Shown here: positions 1 to 9,900 of the stretch, piece by piece | Numbering within the stretch: the stretch's first letter is position 1 | Layout of the letters: every line of letters begins with the position of its first letter | From: Mobula hypostoma | Lineage: Eukaryota | Direction: 5' to 3' | Assembly: GCF_963921235.1 (NCBI RefSeq) | Contig: NC_086109.1 | Location: 930,001-994,000 of the forward strand | Length of the DNA: 64,000 nt | Made by a program: the position numbers and the translations under genes | Notes under the pieces: model-generated | The model's database searches: none | The model's input: the letters and a program-made list of their open reading frames with translations, nothing else | Told to the model about the DNA's origin: nothing

Positions 1-107
1 TAGTAGTTCAAGTATCATGCACCCTTTCCTTGGGCCTTTTTATATACTGATTAAGGAAACTTTCCTGAACATATTTGAGAAACTCTATCCCATCTATTCC
101 TTTACAG

Positions 108-1804
108 TAGTGGTCGCCAACCCGTCGATCGCAATCTTTGAGACATTCCCAGTAGATCCTGAAAAAATCAAAAATAAATACACGAATACTGTTGTAATGT
201 GAGCATTGTAAAAATAAGTAATACTAATTAGGGTAATGGTAATTTTGCAAAACTTTCGCTACAGAAAGCTGTTTGTAAAGAGAGATTGTTTCCGGGTTGC
301 GGGGTTTTAGTTCCATTCTTTCTATCCAGTGCACATGTGTGTAGCTCCCCCACCATGCACCGCGTTTTCAGTATAGCTTGTGCTGCATCAAAGTGACCAG
401 TTAGATTAGCTAAGAGTACAGACTGTCGCAAGCATCAATATACTGCACTCGCTCGTGATATCTTGATACTGTAGCATGGCGGAGGCTCCATGAAAGAAGG
501 CGAAAACGTACAAATTCCATCCAGAATGGGAAGAGGAGTTTCTATTTACCTTGGTGAAAGACAAGTGTGTATGTATGTTGTGCCACCAAACACAAGCACT
601 GACTAAAAGAGGGAATCTGGAGCAGCACCACAACACCAATCACCAATCACCAGAAATTTAAAGACCCCTACCTCGCAAAGAGCGCAATGCGTGCCATGAA
701 AGTTGAGGAGTTGAAATCGAGGTTGAAGGCCCAGCAATCGTTTTTCACAAAACATGTTGCTCAAAATAAGGCTGCTATTGAAGCATCATTTTGTGTAAGT
801 CACCTTTTGGCAAAACACAAGAAGCCTTTTACAGATGGCGATTTATTCAAGGAAGCAATGGCCATTACCACAGAGACTATTTTTAATTACTTTAAAAACA
901 AAAAACGACATCACAACCGCAATACATAATATACCACTTGGCCCTGCAACAGTGACAAGGAAGGTAGAGTCACTGTCAGAGGACGTGGATCAACAAATGT
1001 TAGAGGACTTGTCACTCTGTGAATATTTTTCACTACAGTTCGATGAATCCCTGGATGTAATGCAAACAGCTTAGCTTAGCTTGTATTTGTCAGAATGGCT
1101 TTCTAGGATTTTACAACAAAGGAGGACTTACTCACTCTTTTGCAATTAAAGGAGAGAACGAGCGGTGAGGGTATTTACAATGAGTTAAAAAAAAATGTCT
1201 GTGAAAATGACATCCCCATTCATAAACTGGTGGCAATTACCACTGATGGGGCCCCAGCAATGCGCGATGTGCGCGTTGGTTTTATAGCACTGAAAGTCAG
1301 TGCCCACTTCGAGTCAACTTATCTATGTGAAATTGCATTTTCACAGATGAAAATTATTAAATCTAAGTACAGGAGCTGTTTTACTGACAGATACCTCACA
1401 GACTGGCTGTCTGTAGTTATGAGCCAAATTTCAGGGAACTAGCAGAAAGTATGCAGCCCCAGTCGTCACACTGAGTGCAACAATCAATTTCTATTTGTTT
1501 ATTTTTCGTGTGGAAATAAAATTAAATAATGAAACTTAAAATTAAGGGTGTGAAGTATTGTAATATTCTTAAAGACAGCTATGGCCTGTTTGATATGCTA
1601 GTTACAGTGTTTTCTTATTTGAATTAATTTGAAAGTTTGACAAAAGTATTTTGTGTAATTCAAATACAATTAGCCCAAATAAAAGGCCTCAAATTGGAAG
1701 TACAACCTGAGCTGTTTTTTCTCTAAATGACTTAGGAGGTAGATCTTGCCTTTCACTAAGGTCGAGGTAGGGGATCTTGGGCTAAAAAAGGTTGGTGACC
1801 ACTG
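108..1804 (+). mobile_element. hAT DNA transposon (Buster/SPIN, GTF2IRD2/EPM2AIP1-like transposase), internally deleted and disrupted
   Basis: TIRs TAGTGGTCGCCAACC (108-122) and GGTTGGTGACCACTG (1790-1804); perfect 8-bp TSD CTTTACAG (100-107, 1805-1812); transposase remnants FHPEWEEEFLF..CVCMLC, KHKKPFTDGDLFKE, YFSLQFDESLD, ITTDGAPAM, FESTYLCEIAFSQMKIIKSKYRS. Confidence 0.92.
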
Positions 1805-1812
1805 CTTTACAG

Positions 1813-2680
1813 TATGGATTCCCAGTCCATATATGGAAGGTTAAAATCACCTACTATAGCAACCTTGTGTTTTTAGCAACAGTCCGCAATCTGTCTACAA
1901 ATTAGTTCCTCCAAATCACGGGGACTGTTGGGTTGTCTATAATATAACTCAATTAATGTGGTCATACCTTTCTTATTCCTCATTTCCATCCATAAAGCCT
2001 GACTGGACGAGTTCTTCTGTCTGTCCTGACTGAGCACTGTTGTGATATTTACCCTGACTAGTATTGCTACCTTTCTCCCTTTAATCCCTCCCACTCTGTC
2101 ACATCTAAAACAATGGAACCCTGGAATATTGAACAGCTATTCCTACCCCTCTTGCAACCAAGTCACACTAATGGCTACAGTATCATAATTCCATGTGTAA
2201 ATCCATGCGCTGAGCTCATCTGCCTTTCCTACAATGCTTCTTGTATTGAAAGATACGCAGCTCAGAACATTGGTCCCACCATGCTCAACCTTTTGATTCC
2301 TGACTTTGTCTGAGGTCTTAACACCATCTGTCTCCACAACTACTCCACTCTCTGTTCTGGCACTCTGGCTCCCATCCCCCTGCAACTCCAGTTTAGCCCT
2401 CCCCCATCCATGCAGCAGGAGCAAACCTTCCTGCTAAGCTATTAGTACCCCTCCAATTCAGTTGCAGGCTGTCTGTTCTGTACAGGTTCACCTTCTCTGG
2501 AAGAGAGCCGAATGATCCAAAAATCCGATGCCATCCTTTTTACACCAACTCCTTCGTTAAACTGTCTGAACTCTTCCTATTTCTGGCCTCAATAGCACAT
2601 GGCACAGGTAGCAATCCTGAGATCACAACCCTGGAGATCCTGTCCTTTAACTTAAAACCTAACTCCCTTAGCGCCTATAC
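1813..2680 (-). mobile_element. CR1 LINE fragment (ORF1 end/endonuclease), continued at 1-107 across the hAT insertion
   Basis: ORF remnants FNTRSIVGKADELSAW..YDTVAISVTWL and GIKGRKVAILVRVNI; sequence is continuous across the TSD. Confidence 0.8.
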
Positions 2681-3182
2681 CTTCTGTCTAGTCGTGGTAA
2701 CTTCACACACTTCATGCCCCCTGACACCTGGAACTTCCGCCATACTGCTGGTATTTTCCACAGTGAAGACTAATGCAAAATACTTGTTCAGTTTGTCTGC
2801 CATTTTGTTGCTCCCCCATTACTACCTATCCAGCAGCATTTTCCGATGGTCTGATATTCACTTCCGCTTCTTTTACACTTTATGTATTTGAGGAAGTTTC
2901 ATATCTTTTCCATCATATCTGCCACCATTTGATTGACAGATTCAACCGTACAGCGCAGGAACAGGCCCTCTCACCCATGGTGTGTGCGCTGACCACGATG
3001 CCAATCTAACTGGTCCCATCCACTGTACGCTTCCATTCCCTGCGTGATCATATGCCTGTCTTACTAGTTAAACATCACAATCAACTGTCTCCATCACCTT
3101 CCTTGGCATTGTGTTCCACACACCCTTCATTACCTCTTTGTACAAAAATCTTGCCTGGTAAAGATAGATAGATAGATAGATA

Positions 3183-4677
3183 CAGTTTTCCCCCGCCATC
3201 CTAAGGTAGAGTGTTCCTATGAAACGGTTCGTAAGCCGAAATGTCGTAAAGCGAAGAAGCAATTACCATTTATTTATATGGGAAAATTTTGTGAGCGCTT
3301 GCAGACCCAAAAATAACCTACAAATAACACACAAAACCTAAAATAACAGTAACATATAGTAAAAGCAGGAATGATACACAGCCTATATAAAGTAGAAATA
3401 CTTCTCTACGATTGCCTGCACAGATCTCCGTAGTGAAAATCTCATGCAAGCGCTGTTGGCATAAACGCGCTCTCCAATAACCTTTAAACTATGAAGCTGC
3501 CAAATCTACCAAATAACACGTAAAAATACACAGCCTATATAAAGTAGAAATAATGTATGTACAGTGTAGTATCACTTACCGGAATTGGGAAGACATCGAG
3601 CACACTGATGATGGTGTATTAGACTGAGTCGTCGCAGGCTGGGTGGTGCAGTGGCCCCCACCCTCTGGGCCGCCGACTGATACATTGCCTCGAAGCACGC
3701 AGGGGTAGTCGGGAGGCACACAGCACATCTTTAAGGAAAAAGCCGAAATAAACATGCTAATTAATTAGGTGCTGCCCAGCACATAAATGTCGGCGCAGAT
3801 CAGAGGCGATTGCCGATTGCATCGGCACTGATCTGGGCCGACAATTATGTGCTAGGCGGCACCTAATTAAATAACATGTTTATTTTGGCTTTTTTCTTAA
3901 AGATGTGCTGTGTGTGTCCCAGCTATCGTTGCATTTTCCGCGAATCAGTATCTGTCCGTGGCCTGGGGGGTTGGGGTGGTGGGACACTGGGGTGTCATCT
4001 CATCGTCGATCAGGGCAGGCAGCTCATCTTCTCCTATGACTGCCCGTCTCGATGTCGAAGATCGAGGCTCGTCGTCTGCTGTGGCTGATGTGGAAGGCTT
4101 GCTTGACTGCTGAGCCTCGCGCATTTTTCTATCACACAGTTCTTTAATAAGGATTCAAACCATCCTGCAAATATCTCCTAAACCGACGTACCCTTTCAAA
4201 AATAAAGTAGTACTTTATCATTACTCATCCGGTTTGGATTATTATCCTTTTTTCTTCCAATTGCATCAGCTCTTCATCTGTCAGTTCTTGGTGATGGGAT
4301 GCCAAAACCTCTTCAACATCATGTTCGTCAGCTTCCACAAGCCAAACTCATGTTGTCCTTACTTCGTTCACCACAATCAAAACGCTTAATTATGTCTAGT
4401 TTTGCCGTAAGTGTAACACCCTTACGAGCTCTTTCAGGCTTTTCCGATACCATAGAACTCATCTTGCAAACAACTGCTCACGGGCACGTGTTAAAGCAAA
4501 GCAGTTCCCAATCCGGGGGAGAGCGGCTGCTCGGGGCACGCTATGCCTTTTATCGCGCGCTGAATTTTTTTTCGTAACAGTGAAAACGCCTCTGAAAGTG
4601 AAAACAGGGTACTAATGTAGGTCTTTCGTAACAGTGAGGTTTCGTAAAGCGAACGTTCGAAAAGCAGGGGACACCTG
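3183..4677 (-). mobile_element. Tigger/pogo (Tc1-mariner superfamily) non-autonomous derivative
   Basis: TA|CAG..TCCCC termini with ...GGGGACACCTG|TA; subterminal CGTAAAGCGAA repeats. The minus strand from the ATG at 4462 gives RKGVTLTAKLDIIKRFDCGERS (HTH-psq-like), joined to DVEEVLASHHQELTDEELMQLEE (Tigger C-terminus). Confidence 0.82.
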
Positions 4678-4750
4678 TATACCTTATTGATCCTAAGGGA
4701 AATTGGGTTTCGTTACAGCCGCACCAACCAAGAATAGAGCATAAATATAG

Positions 4751-5818
4751 TGTGACGAGGAGCCTGGTCTAAGGGATTATTAATAACACGTGTAAAAGGA
4801 ACAGAAAATGTGATGACTGTCTGTCAAGGTGTTGACAGCTTCAAACTCGCTGTGTTAGCCAAATAGCTGATAAAGATGTATATTTGTGTATGTATCAAAT
4901 AATGTATTCATGTTTGTAATTTTTACCTCCCGGTAAAAATCCTTAAAAGGGGGGAAGTGTGACAAGAATACACATAAAATTAAGATGTTTGCTGGCCTGG
5001 GCTAGCATCAGTGGCATCAGCAGTTGGTCTGCCACCTGCCCTCAGGGGAAGGAGAGATAAGGAACAAGGGAGCAGCGTCTGGAGATGTGTAATGAAGGGA
5101 CGTGGGAGAGAGAGAGCTGTCGGGAGCGGCTTCCCTTTGAACCCTGAACTGTTTGAAGTGGTGGACAGGCGATGCCCCAGCAGGGGGATAAAAAGGGACA
5201 GGTTCGCTAAGGCAGGACATACACGCCACCCGAGGTAACGAGACCCTGGAAGCGGTGCGCCTCTCACGAGTGGGTGAGAAGTACCAGACAACGGCCAGGG
5301 TGGAAAGGTACGATCAGCGGGAACCCGGTGTGTGTCCGCCCTTGCCTGGGTGCCGGGTTCACTGCAGAGGATCGACTGCATCTGGAGGAGGGGTCACAGT
5401 CGGTGACCTCAGGTGACATCACCAAGGACCCGCCCAAAAGTTGCTTGTGAGCAATCTCGCCGGTCTGTGAGTGAAGCCGTTCTGAATGATCAGTTGTTCC
5501 TGTTCTATCTCTCTCTTCCCCCACGTTGTCCATTGCCATGGCAACGATTACTGCGAACTGAACTACTAACTGGACTGAACTTTGAGTCACTTTGAAATTT
5601 GGTCATTTACCCCTAGACAACGATAGAGCTTGATTGATGCTGTTATCTTAATTCTGTGCACATGTGTGTTTATCATCGCTGAACTGTTGCATTTATTATC
5701 CTTTCGATTACTGTGTTGCTTGTTTCTTTAATAAAACTTTCTTAGTTCTAGTACTCCAGACTCCAACTGAGTGATCCATTTCTGCTGGTTTGGCAACCCA
5801 GTTACGGGGTACGTAACA
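4751..5818 (+). mobile_element. LTR retrotransposon remnant (Gypsy-like): short 5' stub, polypurine tract and one LTR (4958-5818)
   Basis: TG...CA termini (TGTGAC/GTAACA); 4-bp TSD ATAG (4747-4750, 5819-5822); PPT AAAAGGGGGGAAG immediately before TGTGACAAG at 4958; AATAAA at 5730-5735. Confidence 0.82.
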
Positions 5819-5879
5819 ATAGCAATACAAAAACTACAAACCATCAAACAACAAAATGCAAACTATGCTAGATGGACGA

Positions 5880-6130
5880 AAGTCCAGGACCAGTCTATTG
5901 GCTCAGGGTTCGATGGCTACAGGCAGGAACGACCTCCCGTGCCGCCCAGTGTTGTATCTCGGTAGAATGTGGCCGAAGTCCAACAGTAAAAAGTTCAATA
6001 TCCGGTCTACAAACACGTTCCTCAATTGTAATATGACCAGGATTGCACCATCCGTTGTTAACCAGAACAGTAAGCATCCAACTCCTTTACGCTTCCTGCT
6101 CTCAGTGCACTTCCGGTCAGCTGGAACGGT
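5880..6130 (-). mobile_element. Rex1/Babar LINE endonuclease fragment
   Basis: VNNGWCNPGHITIEERVCRPDIELFTVGLRPH resembles the Rex-Babar AP-endonuclease motif. Confidence 0.65.
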
Positions 6131-6879
6131 CTGGAATGTTCAAACTTTCCTGCCTCACCTTAAATCTGTGTTTTCTAGCATTTAGCATTTCCACCCTGGA
6201 CTCCAACTATCTACACTATCTGTGCCTCTCACAATTCTATTTACTACTCATAGTATCTAATCCAGGCAACATCTTGGTGAACCTCTGCTGGTGCTTGATT
6301 AAATGCTTCCATATCCTTCCTGTAGCGTGATCAGAATTACACTCATTACAACGAAGGTTGCCACCATATCCACCAAATCTCTGCCAAAGTACCGCAGTCT
6401 CCTCCATTGCATCCGGCAGAATCCAGGGAATAGATCCTGTCAGGCCCAGGAGACTTAATGTTCTTCGATACCCAACACCTCCTGCTTCCTAATAAAAACA
6501 TGCTCTCACCATCACTTGTATCCCTCTGCTTTCTTAATGCTGTTATAATGTGCTTGTTTAGTCTCTCACCCACTTCCCGTGGCTTCAGGTAGAAATTCTC
6601 TCATTTGTCCTCCAAGTGGACTTGCCTTTCCTAAGCTGTCTTCTTGTTCTTATAAGTTGCCTTTTCCTCAATCCTACTATACAAAAACATTTCCTGCTCT
6701 ACTTGATCACTTGTCTCAGTGTCAGAATCCCTCAGATGTGTGCCAAGGAGACAGTTAGTTACCCATACCAGTGGGAGGGACAGTCCTAGTGGCAAAGGAC
6801 TGGGGGTGGTCACCCTGTTGATGGAAGAGGGGATGTGACTTAGGATGAGCAGTTTTCAAATTAACTTCTGTCTCTGCAG

Positions 6880-6947
6880 ATGTTTTCCCTCAGCAACTCG
6901 AAGGTGTGAAACTCATCATCAACAAACATCTCAGCAACCACTTTCAG
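6880..6947 (+). CDS. TOMM40L: TOMM40L coding exon (68 bp)
   Basis: ctctgcag|ATGTTTTCCCT...CACTTTCAG|gtcagt; encodes (D)[22 protein letters not shown], phase-1 start. Confidence 0.93.
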
Positions 6948-9900
6948 GTCAGTATAATGAAAAATCCACTCAAACTCTAACCCCAGCCCAGACACAGACA
7001 CGGAGTGAAGCTCCCTCTACACTGTCCCATCACACACTCCCAGGGCAGGGGCCAGACACAGAGTGAAGCTTCCTCTACACTGTCCCATCTCATACTCCCG
7101 GGGGATGTTCGATCTAGTAACACTTGTCTATTTTGCACTGCTCATTCTCGATCTCCCTTTCCACAGGCTGCACATACAATCCACCTGAGCTCAATGTCAC
7201 CCCATTACCATTTCAAGGCAATGTACTCAGGAGATCAACAGGCAGACTCTGATGAGGTGGGTACTGTCTGTGGCACGTGAATGTGTGTATGCGCCTTCCA
7301 GCTCATTCTCTCATTGCACTGGTCAGCACCATGGATCACAGAGTGAACCATCTCCCTGCTTATGTCATTTAAGACTATAAGACATAAGAGCAGAATTAGG
7401 CCATTCTGCTCATCAAGTCTGCACTGCTATTTCATCATGGTTGATCCATTTCCCTCTGAATGCTATTCTCCTCCCCAAAACATTTCTCACCCTGAATAAT
7501 CAAGATCCTATCAAGCTCCAATGACATGGCCTCCATAGCTACCTGTGGCAAAATTCCACAGATTCACCACCCTCTGGCTAAATAAGTTGCTCCGATAATG
7601 CTGTATTAAATTAACTCCATTTGTCTCTAGGTGATCCATATCCCTCCATGTTCAATCTCTGCCTACAAACTTCTTTAGGGCCTCTACTGTATCTGCTTCT
7701 ACCTCCACACCTGGCGACACACTCCAAGCATCCCCTTGACTCTATGTCAGGGGTTCTCAACCTTTTGTATGCCATGGGCCGCTACTATTAACCGAGAGGG
7801 TCCATGGATCCCTAGTTGGGAACCTCTGCTCTATGTAGAAAAACCACCACACATCTCTCCCAAACTATCTCCCTCTTACCCTGAAGTTATGCCCTCTAGC
7901 ATTGAATGTTTCTATCCTGGAGAAAAAGATTCTGACTGCCTATACTATCTCCCTCTCACTTTTTCTCACTTTCTCCCTCTTAGTTTTTCCCACTCTTACT
8001 CTGCTCCCTCTCACACCATTTCTTTGAAACACCAATTTTTCCCTCTCTTCCTTTCCCTGCGTTATTCCATCTCTACTCACTCTTTGTTCTTCCTCTTGTT
8101 AACCCTTTCTCCCTCTCTTTGTCATGCTTACTGTCTCTTGTTTTTTCTCTCTCTCTCTCTCGTAATCTCTCTCTCACACATTCTCCTAATCTCCCTGACC
8201 TCCCTCACCTATGCTCGGACCTCTCCCCAGTTGAGGCCCCTTGGGATCCCAAGTTTCGAGGAATCCCCTCATTTCCAATGGGAGCCTAACCACTCACCTG
8301 TCCTTCAATCTTCCATTTTTAGTCACTGGTTATTTTACTTACAAGACATATGGGTGTTTGTGATGTCGTTTGATTTGATGCCACTTGAAACCAATCTCTC
8401 AGCAGGCTGTTTAACAGCACAGGAATTGCATCACACATCCACCGTACTGTGGGGATTTCTTGGGCTGCAACCCCTCAGTGCCCAGTGACAGCAGTAGGTA
8501 GTGCAGCTGTCCCTGCAGGGAGGCACTAGGATGGCGTACCCACGGGTGAGAGGGTGAAGGAGCCTTCTCAGCAGTGTCCTGCAGCAGGTGCCCATGTTCT
8601 TTAGCTCTGTGGTCACAGAGAGCTGTGTGGTACAGCCTATGCACTATTCACACATCTGGTGACATCTGTGGAAAGCAGTTTGGTACAGCAGAGAGCCTGT
8701 ACACCACACCACTGTTTGCACCTCAGTCAGCCCGCCCGTGGAAAGCCAGATGGTATAGGGCTCAGCCTGCACAACACGCCACAGCTACTTTACGCTTCTA
8801 GTAATATACAGGTACTACAACTATTCCCAGCTCTCATTGATGGTGACCACAGTGCAAAGAGTTGGTTGTAACAATCCATCTGGGATGTGTGGGGCCCGCG
8901 GTGTGTGTGATGTGTGGGTTGGTCAGAGTAATCTCTGCCTGTTTTCCCCATTCCCTTCAGTTCTTGTGCTCACTGGTGGGATTGAATGGGAAGGAGTCGG
9001 GTCCATTGGGGATGTAGACAATGCTAGTAAATGGAAAGGGTTGGAGTCTTGTTGGGAATGTGGATAGTGGGAGTGAATGGGAAGTGTTGGGGTCTAATTG
9101 GGAGACTGGATGGTGGGGGTGATTAGGAAGCAGTAGGGTCTATTGGGTATGTAGACGGTGGGAGTGAATGGGAAGGAGTCATCTATCGGTGATGTGGACG
9201 GTGGAAGTGAATGCGAAGGGGTGGGTTCCACTGGAAATGTGGGTGGTGGGAATTAATGGGAAGGAGTGTGGTCTGTTGAGTGTGGACTGTGGGAGCGAAT
9301 AGGAAGAGGTGGGGTCCAGTGGGAGTGAATGTGAAGGAATGGGGTCAGTTGAGTGCAGAAGATAGGAATGAATAGGAAGAGGGGTCTGTTGGGAGTCTGG
9401 ATGGTGGGAGTGAATTGGAAGGGTTGGGAATTATTGAGGATTTGACTGTGGGAGTAAATAGAGAGGGGTGGCTCCCATTGGGAGTGCAGATGGAGAGAGC
9501 AAATGGGAATGGATGGGGTCCGTTAAGTGCAGATGGTGGGAGTGAATGGGAATGGGTGGGCTCTGATGTGTGTTGTTGGTGGGACTGAATGAGAAGGTGT
9601 AGGGCCCATTTGGAGTGTGGGTGGTGGAAGTGAATGAGAAGAGGTGAGTTGCAAGGGAGTGTGGATGGTGGGAGTGAATGGAAAGGGATGGTTTCTGTTG
9701 AAAGAGCAGATAGTGAGAGTGAGTGGTCAGTGTGGGTAGATGGAGCGTGTGTGAAGAAGTGAGGTCTGTTCAGAGGGCAAACGGTGTGAATGAATGGAAA
9801 GAGGTAGATTTTGTTGGTAGTGCAGACAGTGAGAGTGAGTGGGTCACATTGGAAAGGTTGTGCACACGGAGTGAGTGGGAAGGAATGCGGCCTGCTTAAA

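Noticed and set aside
1..6879. Search for the first TOMM40L coding exon (MGN...PGxFxELHRxCK)
   Set aside because: No matching exon seen; the region is almost entirely TE-derived, so the exon is presumably upstream of the window
7736..8488. 250-aa ORF rich in Leu/Ser/Phe
   Set aside because: It runs through a MITE, a CR1 tail and a CT-rich low-complexity tract in a TOMM40L intron, with no recognisable domain
8810..8871. Peptide [14 protein letters not shown] resembling the TOMM40 'FPxxxGDMD' exon
   Set aside because: It stops after a few codons; the true exon, with splice sites and full motif match, is at 10727-10828
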